Positions 12,920-24,611 of a stretch of 64,000 nucleotides of DNA are shown here, piece after piece. A program made the position numbers and the translations under genes. The stretch's first letter is position 1, and each line of letters opens with the position of its first letter. The notes under the pieces are model-generated. The model did not search any database and was not told the DNA's origin. It saw only the letters and a program-made list of their open reading frames with translations. The stretch is from Ranitomeya imitator (taxonomy: Eukaryota), in the NCBI RefSeq assembly GCF_032444005.1, contig NC_091282.1, positions 665,198,001-665,262,000 on the forward strand. The letters run 5' to 3'.

Positions 12920-15900
12920 TTTTTTTAGGGACCACCTCACATTTGAAGTCAGTTTGAGGGGTCTATTTGGCTGAAAATACCCAAAAGTGACACCATTCTA
13001 AAAACTGCACCCCTCAAGGTACTCAAAACCACATTCAAGAAGTTTATTAACCCTTCAGGTGCTTCACAGCAGCAGAAGCAACATGGAAGGAAAAAATGAA
13101 CATTTAACTTTTTAGTCACAAAAATTATCTTTTAGCAACAATTTTTTTTATTTTCCCAATGGTAAAAGGAGAAACTGAACCACGAAAGTTGTTGTCCAAT
13201 TTGTCCTGAGTACGCTGATACCTCATATGTGGGGGTAAACCACTGTTTTGGCGCACGGCAGGGCTTGGAAGGGAAGGAGCGCCATTTGACTTTTTGAATC
13301 AAAAATTGGCTCCACTCTTTAGCGGACACCATGTCACGTTTGGAGAGCCCCCGTGTGCCTAAAAATTGGAGCTCCCCCACAAGTGACCCCATTTTGGAAA
13401 CTAGACGCCCCAAGGAACTTATCTAGATGCATAGTGAGCACTTTGAACCCCCAGGTGCTTCACAAATTAATCCGTAAAAATGAAAAAGTACTTTTTTTTC
13501 ACAAAAAAATTCTTTTAACCTCAATTTTTTCATTTTCACATGGGCAACAGGATAAAATGGATCCTAAAATGTGTTGGGCAATTTCTCCTGAGTACACCAA
13601 TACCTCACATGTGGAGGTAAACCACTGTTTGGGCACATGGTAAGGCTCGGAAGGGAAGGAGCACCATTTGACTTTTTGAATGAAAAATTATTTCCATCGT
13701 TAGCGGACACCATGTCGCGTTTGGATAGCTCCTGTGTGCCTAAACATTGGCGCTCCCCCACAAGTGACCCCATTTTGGAAACTAGACCCCCCAAGGAACT
13801 AATTTAGATGCCTAGTGAGCACTTTAAACCCTCAGGTGCTTCACAAATTGATCTGTAAAAATGAAAAAGTAATTTTTTTTCACAAAAAAATTCTTTTCGC
13901 CTCAATTTTTTCATTTTCACATGGGCAGTAGGATAAAATGGATCATAAAATTTGTTGGGCAATTTCTCCCGAGTACGCCGATACCTCATATGTGGGGGTA
14001 AACCACTGTTTGGGCACTCGGCAGGGCTCGGAAGAGAAGGCGCGTCATTTGACTTTTTGAATGGAAAATTAGCTCCAATTGTTAGCGGACACCATGTCGC
14101 GTTTGGAGAGCCCCTGTGTGCCTAAACATTGGAGCTCCCGCACAAGTGACCCCATTTTGGAAACTAGACCCCCCAGGGAACTTATCTAGATGCATATTGA
14201 GCACTTTAAACCCCCAGGTGCTTCACAGAAGTTTATAACGCAGAGCCATGAAAATAAAAAATAATTTTTCTTTCCTCAAAAATGATTTTTTAGCCTGGAA
14301 TTTCCTATTTTGCCAAGGATAATAGGAGAAATTGGACCCCAAATATTGTTGTCCAGTTTGTCCTGAGTACGCTGATACCCCATATGTGGGGGTAAACCAC
14401 TGTTTGGGCGCACGGCAGGGCTCGGAAGGGATGGCACGCCATTTGGCTTTTTAAATGGAAAATTAGCTCCAATCATTAGCGGACACCATGTCACGTTTGG
14501 AGAGCCCCTGTGTGCCTAAACATTGGAGATCCCCCAGAAATGACACCATTTTAGAAACTAGACCCCCAAAGGAACTAATCTAGATGTGTGGTGAGGACTT
14601 TGAACCCCCAAGTGCTTCACAGAAGTTTATAACGCAGAGCCATGAAAATAAAAATAAAAATTATTTTCTCAAAAATGATCTTTTAGCCTGCAATTTTTTA
14701 TTTTCCCAAGGGTAACAGGAGAAATTTGACCCCAAAAGTTGTTGTCCAGTTTCTCCTGAGTACGCTGATACCCCATATGTGGGGGTAAATCACTGTTTGG
14801 GCACATGCCGGGGCTCGGAAGTGAAGTAGTGACGTTTTGAAATGCAGACTTTGATGGAATGCTCTGTGGGCGTCACGTTGCGTTTGCAGAGCCCCTGATG
14901 TGGCTTAACAGTAGAAACCCCCCACAAGTGACCCCATTTTGGAAACTAGACCCCCAAAGGAACTTATCTAGATGTGTGGTGAGCACTTTGAACCCCCAAG
15001 TGCTTCATAGAAGTTTATAATGCAGAGCCGTGAAAATAATAAATACGTTTTCTTTCCTCAAAAATAATTATTTAGCCCAGAATTTTTTAATTTTCCCAAG
15101 GGTAACAGGAGAAATTTGACCCCAATATTTGTTGTCCAGTTTCTCCTGAGTACGGTGATACCCCATATGTGGGGGTAAACTACTGTTTGGGCACATGCCG
15201 GGGCTTGGAATTGAAGTAGTGACGTTTTGAAATGCAGACTTTGATGGAATGCTCTGCGGGCGTCACGTTGCGTTTGCAGAGCCCCTGATGTGCCTAAACA
15301 GTAGAAACCCCCCACAAGTGACCCCATTTTGGAAACTAGACCCTGAAAGGAACTTATCTAGATGTGTGGTGAGCACTTTGAACCCCCAAGTGCTTCATAG
15401 AAGTTTATAATGCAGAGCCGTGAAAATAATAAATACGTTTTCTTTCCTCAAAAATAATTATTTAGCCCAGAATTTTTTATTTTCCCAAGGGTTACAGGAG
15501 AAATTGGACCCCAAAAGTTGTTGTCCAGTTTCTCCTGAGTACGCTGATACCCCATATGTGGGGGTAAACCACTGTTTGGGCACACGTCGGGGTTCAGAAG
15601 GGAAGTAGTGACTTTTGAAATGCAGACTTTGATGGAATGGTCTGCGGGTGTCACGTTGCGTTTGCAGAGCCCCTGGTGTGCCTAAACAGTAGAAACCCCC
15701 CACAAGTGACCCCATTTTAGAAACTAGACCCCCCAAGGAACTTATCTAGATATGTGGTGAGCACTTTGAACCCCCAAGTGCTTCACAGACGTTTACAACG
15801 CAGAGCCGTGAAAATAAAAAATCATTTTTCTTTCCTCAAAAATTATGTTTTAGCAAGCATTTTTTTAGATTCACAAGGGTAACAGGAGAAATTGGACCCC

Positions 15901-16095
15901 AGTAATTGTTGCGCAGTTTGTCCTGAGTATGCTGGTACCCCATATGTGGGGGTAAACCACTGTTTGGGCACACGTCAGGGCTCAGAAGTGAGGGAGCACC
16001 ATTTGACTTTTTGAATACGAGATTGGCTGGACTCAATGGTGGCGCCATGTTGCGTTTGGAGACCCCTGATGTGCCTAAACAGTGGTAACCCCTCA
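12920..16095. repeat. ~390-bp tandem repeat, about 8 diverged units, inside the piggyBac-like element
   Basis: Anchor ATGTGGGGGTAAA recurs near 13227, 13608, 13990, 14383, 14777, 15166, 15556 and 15944. Confidence 0.88.
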
Positions 16096-16099
16096 ATTC

Positions 16100-16255
16100 T
16101 AACTCCAACACTAACCCCAACACACCCCTAACCCTAATCCCAACTGTAGCCATAATCCTAATCACAACCCTAACCCCAACACACCCCTAACCACAACACT
16201 AACCCCAACACACCCCTAACCCTAACCACAACCCTAATTCCAACCCTAACCCTAA
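16100..16255. repeat. Degenerate telomere-like (CCCTAA)n tract
   Basis: CCCTAA, CCCCAA and CACTAA variants in tandem. Confidence 0.75.
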
Positions 16256-16599
16256 GGCTATGTGCCCACGTTGCGGATTCGTGTGAGATATTTCCGCACC
16301 ATTTTTGAAAAATCTGCGGGTAAAAGGCACTGTGTTTTACCTGCGGATTTTCCGCGGATTTCCAGTGTTTTTTGTGCGGATTTCACCTGCGGATTCCTAT
16401 TGAGGAACAGGTGTAAAACGCTGCGGAATCCGCACAAAGAATTGACATGCTGCGGAAAATACAACGCAGCGTTCCCGCGCGGTATTTTCCGCACCATGGG
16501 CACAGCGGATTTGGTTTTTCATATGTTTACATGGTACTGTAAACCTGATGGAACACTGCTGCGGATCCGCAGCCAAATCAGCACCGTGTGCACATAGCC
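16256..16599. mobile_element. Harbinger-type MITE nested in the telomere-like tract
   Basis: GGCTATGTGCCCAC / GTGCACATAGCC termini; TAA TSD at 16253-16255 and 16600-16602. Confidence 0.8.
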
Positions 16600-16608
16600 T
16601 AATTCTAA

Positions 16609-16939
16609 AGGTATGTGCACACGCTGCGGAAAACGCTGCGGATCCGCAGCAGTTTCCCATGAGTATACAGTTCAATGTAAACCTATGGGAAACAAAAATC
16701 GCTGTACACATGCTGCGGAAAAACTGCACGGAAACGCAGCGGTTTACATTCCGCAGCATGTCACTTCTTTGTGCGGATTCCGCAGCGGTTTTACAACTGC
16801 TCCAATAGAAAATCGCAATTGTAAAACCGCAGTGAAATGCGCAGAAAAAAACGCGGTAAATCCGCCATAAATCCGCAGCGGTTTAGCACTGCGGATTTAT
16901 CAAATCCGCAGCGGAAAAATCCGCAGAGGACCAGAATAC
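16609..16939. mobile_element. Second Harbinger-type MITE, running into the gap
   Basis: TAA then AGGTATGTGCACAC; same TGCGGA/TCCGCA internal motifs as its neighbour. Confidence 0.65.
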
Positions 16940-17117
16940 NNNNNNNNNNNNNNNNNNNNNNNNNNNNNNNNNNNNNNNNNNNNNNNNNNNNNNNNNNNNN
17001 NNNNNNNNNNNNNNNNNNNNNNNNNNNNNNNNNNNNNNNNNNNNNNNNNNNNNNNNNNNNNNNNNNNNNNNNNNNNNNNNNNNNNNNNNNNNNNNNNNNN
17101 NNNNNNNNNNNNNNNNN
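16940..17117. other. Assembly gap (178 N)
   Basis: Run of N. Confidence 1.
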
Positions 17118-17394
17118 GGAAAAAAAAAAATTTCTTTATTTTTTTATTGTCCCTACCTATGGGGGTGACAAAGGGGGGGGGTCATTTATTATTTTTTTTA
17201 TTTTGATCACTGAGATAGATTATATCTCAGTGATCAAAATGCACTTTGGAACGAATCTGCCGGCCGGCAGATTCGGCGGGCGCACTGCGCATGCGCCCGC
17301 CATTTTGGAAGATGGCGGCGCCCGGGAGAAGACGGACGGGACCACGGCTGGATCGGTAAGTATGATAGGGTGGGGGGGGTTCCACGGGGGGGGG

Positions 17395-17610
17395 GATCGG
17401 AGCACGGGGGGGGAATCGGAGCGCGGGAGGGGTGGAACGGAGCACGGGGGGCGTGGAACGGAGCACGGGGGGGCTGGAATGGAGCACGGGGGGGTGGAAC
17501 GGAGCACGGGGGGGGTGGATCGGAGTGCAGGGGGGGTGATTGGAGCATGGGGGGGGGTGATTGGAGCACGGGGGGAGCGGACACGAGCACGGGGGGGAGC
17601 GGAGCACTGG
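17395..17610. repeat. G-rich short tandem repeat (GGAGCACGGGGGG... units)
   Basis: About 10 degenerate ~20-bp units, each with a G run. Confidence 0.8.
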
Positions 17611-18133
17611 ACGGAGGGGAGCCGGAGCAGTGTACCGGCCAGATCGGGGGGGTGGGGGGGCGATCGGAGGGGTGGGGTGGGGGCACACTAGTATTTCCAG
17701 CCATGGCCGATGATATTGCAGCATCGGCCATGGCTGGATTGTAATATTTCACCCGTTATAATGGGTGAAATATTACAAATCGCTCTGATTGGCAGTTTCA
17801 CTTTCAACAGCCAATCAGAGCGATCGTAGCCACGAGGGGGTGAAGCCACCCCCCCTGGGCTAAACTACCACTCCCCCTGTCCCTGCAGATCGGGTGAAAT
17901 GGGAGTTAACCCTTTCACCCGGTCTGCAGGGACGCGATCTTTCCATGACGCCGCATAGGCGTCATGGGTCGGATTGGCACCGACTTTCATGACGCCTACG
18001 TGGCGTCAAAGGTCGGGAAGGGGTTAAGGCTTCTACATCTCTCAACACCTGCATCTGAAAAATATCGACAATGTTCCCTGGGGATATAGGGGGCATATAG
18101 GTAGACTTATTCCCCCCAGTAAAAGGTTGAACA

Positions 18134-18622
18134 CGCGTCGAGGGAGTAGGGGAAATGGCAGAAGGCAACGCGAAAAAAAGACGACAAGTCTCCTGGAAAC
18201 CGATGAAATAACAGTGGTCAATCTCACTCCGCGGATATTGAACGATACACATATATCGGTCCTAACCAAGGGACTCAATTTTTGTCTTCCAGAACGGTTC
18301 GATATAGTAGACTTTAAGATCGATTTATTTAAGGCGATACGCAAAATCCATCTACATAAATCTTTTTCCACAGCCAAAAGTAATCCAGTCCCTCGGGAAA
18401 TTTTTCCAGGAGAGTTACCCTGTCAGGTGGGTCCCCTTGGCTTTTTTGTCACTGAGGACCCATTTGACGAGGTACGGGAAGAGACACGAGATCTTATTGA
18501 TTCTTTGTACACTGTTCCACGGTCAATAATAGAGGAGGATACGGTTGTTCAACCTTTTACTGGGGGGAATAAGTCTACCTATATGCCCCCTATATCCCCA
18601 GGGAACATTGTCGATATTTTTC
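18134..18622 (+). CDS. Penelope-like ORF N-terminal segment (5'-truncated)
   Basis: VVNLT..L...H.SVL.KGLNFC....D...F.IDLFK.IRKIHL.K.F is the typical PLE N-terminal block; same frame as the downstream RT-EN ORF. Confidence 0.85.
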
Positions 18623-18923
18623 GGACCCACCTGACAGGGTAACTCTCCTGGAAAAATTTCCCGAGGGACTGGATTACTTTTGGCTGTGGAAAAAGATTTA
18701 TGTAGATGGATTTTGCGTATCGCCTTAAATAAATCGATCTTAAAGTCTACTATATCGAACCGTTCTGGAAGACAAAAATTGAGTCCCTTGGTTAGGACCG
18801 ATATATGTGTATCGTTCAATATCCGCGGAGTGAGATTGACCACTGTTATTTCATCGGTTTCCAGGAGACTTGTCGTCTTTTTTTCGCGTTGCCTTCTGCC
18901 ATTTCCCCTACTCCCTCGACGCG

Positions 18924-20958
18924 TGTTCAACCTTTTACTGGGGGGAATAAGTCTACCTATATGCCCCCTATATCCCCAGGGAACATTGTCGATATTTTTC
19001 AGATGCAGGTGTTGAGAGATGTAGAAGCCTTAATATACAAACAACCTTTAGATAATCTCTTGACAAAAGAAAAACAAGCTTTAATTGAAATACGAAACTG
19101 GTCTGATGTGATTGTCCGTAATGCGGATAAGGGAGGTAACGTTGTGTTGCTGTCGAGAGATTACTATAAAACAGAAGCTTTAAGACAATTGTCTGATGAA
19201 GAAACGTATGTAAAACTTAAAGGGGACCCCACTATAAAATTTAAAAATCTATTACATTCTTTTTTAAGACATTTCGTGGAAAAAAGGGTCTTTTCATCTA
19301 AACAAGCTGAGAAGCTTTTTCCTAAATTCCCAAAGCGTCCCCATTGGTATCATATACCTAAATTACATAAGTCGGTTGTAGCCCCCCCAGGCCGTCCTAT
19401 TGTGTCAGGGGTGGGCTCCCTGACTGAGCCGCTTTCTTCATACATTGACTGGCTATTACGCCCCCTTTTGTCGGATGTTCCCTCCTACATAAAAGACACG
19501 GGAGCTTTTTTACAAATTCTGAAGGATTTTGAATGGCATGATTCTTATTCTTTAACATCGATAGATATCGAAAGCCTGTACACCCGCATACCACAAACAT
19601 TGGGAGTGGAGACAATCAGACGTATTTTACAAAATACGCCTACTGGACAAGACACGGTTGATTTTATTTGTGAGGGACTCTCATTCATTCTTGAGCATAA
19701 TGCTTTTCAGTTCGATGGCCAGTGGTACTTGCAGGCGGTGGGTACCGCGATGGGTACCCCCGTCGCATGTACCCTGGCCAACCTCTTTCTTGCCAGGTTT
19801 GAAGAGGATTACATTTATTCCTCAAGTAACCCTTTTCTTCGGCATATCAAGCTTTATGCTAGATATGTCGATGACATATTCATGGTGTGGGATGGACCCC
19901 AGGATGTTTTCAACGATTTTGTTGAGCACCTGGGGACATCCAACACCATGAATATGCGGTTCACCTCGCAATTCGGAGGCACCAATTTGGTGTTTTTAGA
20001 TGTCAAATTGTACACTAGCGAAAGAGGTCTGTCCACAGAGGTATATCGAAAACCATCTGCGTCTAATTCACTATTACACTTTAATAGTGCCCATCCCTCC
20101 TATGTGAAACGGTCCCTTCCTTTTGGTCAAATTCTTAGGGTTAAAAGAATCAATAATGAGTCTGAAGGATTTGAGCGGCAGTCAGTGGAATTAATTAATC
20201 GTTTTAAAAAACGAGGATATCCCCCTTCAGTGTTGGATGCCGCTTATGAAAAAGCAAAGGCTACCAATGTTTCTATGTCCTTGGGGATAAAACCGGAAAA
20301 AAAGTTTGTCTTTAGTTTCAAATTCGGACCGCTTGACAATCACATTAGATCGGTCATACGTAAAAATTGGCAGATCCTGAGTCAGGACAGCGATCTTAAA
20401 GAAGTGGTAGAAAGAGGCCCCCTTTTTGCTAGTCGTCGGAGTAAAAACATCAGAGATATTATAGTCCGGAACCGTTTCAGGACTGATAGAAATAATTGGC
20501 TTACTGATAGCGCACCCACAGGTAATTACAAATGCGGGAGTTGCAACTTTTGCAAATATCACCATACAGGAGATCAAGTGAGGGTGGGCCATATACAACA
20601 TACGGTACGAGACTTTATATCTTGTAAAACCTCTCACGTCGTATATATTCTTTTTTGCCCCTGCCGAGGTTTCTACATCGGCAAAACCATCCGCCCCTTG
20701 TTTATTCGCATTAGAGAGCATTTTAATTCTATAAAAACAGGGAAGGGTGCCCCGAGGTTGATAGATCATGTTCGGACTCACCATGCGGGAGATGTTCAAT
20801 CTTTGAGGTTTGCAGGTTTAGAGCGTGTCTCGCTGCCAGAGGGAGGAGGAGATCTGTGTCGTCTGTTGTTGCGTAGAGAAGCCAGGTGGATTCTGCGCGC
20901 TAACGCGGCAGGACCATCTGGTTTTAATGAAAAAGTCGACATGTCGGTATTTTTGTAA
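18924..20958 (+). CDS. Penelope-like RT plus GIY-YIG endonuclease, right arm
   Basis: Uninterrupted frame with all the motifs listed for the left arm. The ORF-track start at 18805 lies in inverted sequence and is not the true start. Confidence 0.94.
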
Positions 20959-21128
20959 ATATTAGTCTGTCTGTTTCCAATTGTGTATTCAGTTTTCTAG
21001 ATTGTGTTCTACGTCTACTGTTTTTAATTATATGTTGTTTTTAATTTTCACATTATATTTGTTTGAGCATTGGAGGGGAGGAGTTTGAGACTAGATCCGG
21101 TCCATATAATACTCCTCCAGCTCATTCA

Positions 21129-21180
21129 CCATTAGGACCCGTTGAAGTGCCAGTAAGCACGAAACGGCCGTTGTCCATGG
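21129..21180 (+). ncRNA. Variant minimal type I hammerhead ribozyme in the PLE 3' UTR
   Basis: Helix I CCAT(TA)GGAC/GTCCATGG; core CCGTTGA-A; helix II GTGC-CAGTAA-GCAC; GAAA; helix III AC-GGCC-GT (palindromic); putative GUU cleavage triplet. Confidence 0.6.
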
Positions 21181-24100
21181 CCGATCCTGCCCCTCCCTGC
21201 TGTCCACTTTCTATGTTTCAATAAAGTGATGCATACCACACCAGGGTAAGTGCGCTCCTATTTTTTCTTATTTTTCTATTATTGGTACTTATCCTTTCCG
21301 CAAAGGTCATGCATGGTGTTGCCTTTTCTTTGCCAATGAGCATGAAGAACCACCAACCCAATGACAGGGAGCATGTCAAGGGTAGGAACCATGACTAAGG
21401 CAGGATATGTAAGGTCAGGAAAGAGCAAGATGCAACAGGGTTATCAACTAGTCCAAAACATACCGTTCTACAGTCAAATTGGTTCAGAGACGAAAACAGT
21501 TGAAATAAACTAATTTTGTGGTGCTGAAAACTAATCTGATCTATATATTCGCTGATTTGTTCTAATCTTCAAGATCCGGAGGAGGTTGTAATTAGTTATG
21601 ACACCTTTCATGCGGGCTTATAAATTGCATATTTATTATTTCAGCATCATTATTGCATTGTCAGAAGCTCGTCTATTGCATCATCTATTTAGTCTATTGA
21701 GCCTTCAGTATTCTATCATCTTAGGGGGGACCAATCAAAAAACGCCAACTTGGCTCTGATGGCGTAATCCTAATTACAGCTATATCACCTACTTTAATAA
21801 ATGATCTCTGTGTAAGGTATACAGTTTTAGGATTAGTACTTAGTACTAGACTTAGTACAGGGATGGATAATTAATTATTTTTTCTTCCAAGGGCAATTTG
21901 GATTTTTATACAATCCTTTGGGAGCCATACAAATTGTGCACTAACTCTGCCCACGAACTGTGTCCTGCCACTGGTGTCAGGACATAATCTTTCATTGTAT
22001 GTGACTCAGTAGTGAATACTGCATGCGCAGAGCAAGAAAAAATGTATGGGCCGAGAGCCATCAAAGTACATCTGCTCGCCCAAGCACTGCAATCTGCCCA
22101 ATGGCCACTTAAATGGTCATTGAGGGTCTATGCAGGAGTACAAGAGACAAGCAAAAAGGAGTCGTCACTGAATGAGGACTTCATTTTGTAGTGCAATTTC
22201 TGTAACTGTTTTCAATTCGCAATAGTGTTTAGACAGGTTTTACTTATTGGTGCTATGTTTCCTCTAAATATTAGAAAATTGGCATAGCAAAATATTCTGC
22301 TTCTTTATATTTGCAAAAATAATAGTGAAACTTTTATGCATTAATTATATGTAACAGTAAATGGAAAACTCTTTGATATCATAGAAACAAGAGCCAACTC
22401 AAATTATTCATTGTCAGATTTGAATTCAGGAGGTAGAAATCCTTAATAAATGGCTCATTTCATAACTGAACCTGACAACTTTTAAAAATATGTAATCCAG
22501 TGAAATCAGAAAAATATTAAACGGCCTTAAAAGTGCCAAAACTACAGTGAAAAAATAAAGGGCAAGACATTTCTTTTTGTATCTCAAAGATAAATGGATC
22601 GTCCTCCCACAATGGTACCCCAAGATTGGTAGGCTGGGCTTTGACGATGGAAGCCCATCTTTCTTGTGAACTAGTCCTGGATTATTAGAATCTAAAATAT
22701 TTTGAATTAGATTGACACTGATGGCTTACATCCGGATGTGGATTGTCCTATAGGTACATCCTTTGGCTTTAAGACCAGGACAAGGTCTACTGGTAACCAT
22801 GGTGGGTTTTTAAGATTGATCTCTTGATCACCGCAGATCAGTAAGCACCAAACTAATCATATCCTGACACAGCATTATTATCCATGCTGGTACAACAGCC
22901 AACTGGTTCCACAAACATATTTTTAAAGTGCTTTTTTTTTACTTCAATGTATGTATTTGGGTCTAAAAACCATTTCTACTATTGAGCTTCATTAAAAGTT
23001 TTGCACAGTTTGGCTTATTGTCCCCCTCCAAATTCAACTTTGAGGTGGTCTGTAGTCATAAGTCAGCTCAGAAAAAGACTAATAAAAGAGTTACGAACTT
23101 CCTGTCAGACTGACATAGTGCTGACTGACGGTTTTTCGTTAACTCATTCTGCAGCCAGCAATAGACAGTGCAACTCAGAAGCTATACGAGATGGAAGGTG
23201 CAAAATTTTTTAATAAACCCCAAGTGAAAAAAATATATTTTTAGCCCCAATTACATATAGTTAAGTAAAAAAAAATATATCAAAATGATCCGCTGGTGAA
23301 ATTAGTAACGGGGCAAATCCAGAACCAGTAGTGCCTGTAGCAGACAAATGGGTACAGATAACACCCTGTAAAGTGTGAGCTCATGATGTGCTCCCTTATT
23401 AAACTTTATTGGATAATCTTAAAGAATGCTGTAGAACATTAAAAGCGGAATTCGTATATTTGTTGCTAGGCAGCAATGTAAAATATTTTTAACCTCAGAG
23501 AAATTAGAACCATTTTTCTTGGCCCAACATTCTTTCACACAGGCCACATAACACACAGCAGCATTACATCCAGAATAGTTCCAGGAAACGTTGGACATGT
23601 CACAATTTTTCTACTGTAAAAAAGTTACCCATAAATTATTATTATTCTTTTTTAAGTTTGCTACCAGTCTGCTTCAGCTGTGGCCTGAGTAATCAGCATG
23701 CGATAATATACATGAATAATATCGAAGAAATTAGGACGTCACCGTTTCCTAAAAGTAAGAGTCCTGTATTCCATGTTTTCCGGGACACTTTGCGGTGTGC
23801 GGGAGAGGAGTGAACGACACAACGCTTCTATGGGTCAAGGACAATAGATAGGGTTGCTCTTTTTCCTGAATATTTATCAAGAAAATCATAAGGGGTGTAA
23901 ATATTATTATTTTATTTTAAGAGATTCCAAAATGAATTACATTTATTAACAGTTTCATGCGTTAAACCAAACAGTACTATAAAAGAGTTGAAAGGTCCAA
24001 ATATCACTAAACACCAATGACCCCCATGGGACTGACTCATTCATCGATAGCGGGGTTCTGGCCTCTATATGCAGCCTCTGCAATTAAGATAAAAGGTTAA

Positions 24101-24611
24101 AGCTCAAGGTATCTCAGTAGCTAAATTTTCAGCCTAATGAATCGTTACTGTAGGCAGCGAGAATGTATTATGTCCATCTGAAGGGTTTACATAATTGTTG
24201 CATTAGCACAGAAAGCACTGCTGGAGGAAGCAATTACAATCCCATAGATCACATAGCAGACGATTACATTATTGCGTGGTATGTGTCTCCGTCTCTGGTT
24301 ACTTATGTGACACATACTGAATTGATAGGATCATGCTGGGAATTCAATGCAATTTTTATAAATGTCGCTGAACATGTTGCAATAATCATCCTCTCTGCAA
24401 TATTGCTCATTATTACTAGTATTACAGGTAATCATCCGTCTACCTGTTTTATTTCTATATGGCTCTATGATGTAACTTAAATGTCGTCAGAAGCCAATTG
24501 ATGAATTACTATAAACAAGCATCCAAGCAAAAAGCATCTGTACATCCACAAATAAAAAAAGCCACTTTATTACTTAAAAAACACAAAAAACACAATCACA
24601 CACTATATATA

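Larger units (their letters stand above)
12492..18023. mobile_element. Non-autonomous piggyBac-like DNA transposon
   Basis: TTAA duplicated at 12488-12491 and 18024-18027; termini CCCCTTCAAGACC / GGTCGGGAAGGGG. The empty site (GCCTTAATATAC) is seen in the other Penelope arm. No transposase ORF is visible. Confidence 0.88.
10088..21278. mobile_element. Penelope-like element (Neptune-type), head-to-head inverted dimer
   Basis: Left arm (10243-12491 plus 18028-18434) is the reverse complement of the right arm (18623-21278); both are 2656 bp. Direct repeat TATTATTGGTACTTATCC at 10070-10087 and 21277-21294. Confidence 0.92.

Noticed and set aside
16100-16255. True telomere or chromosome-fusion scar
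   Set aside because: The tract is short, degenerate and internal to a transposon.
17220-17752. Pro/Gly-rich ORFs on both strands
   Set aside because: Low-complexity G-run repeat inside a non-autonomous transposon.
18639-19002. Possible splice (GTAACT ... TTTTTCAG) removing the inverted block and restoring the PLE ORF
   Set aside because: The donor is in phase 2 and both nearby acceptors (19002, 19008) are in phase 0, so the product is frameshifted.
10088-21278. Inverted dimer as a pure assembly artefact
   Set aside because: Disfavoured but not excluded: the arm-specific insertion with a TTAA TSD, the unequal 3' ends and the flanking direct repeat are hard to produce from a fold-back read.
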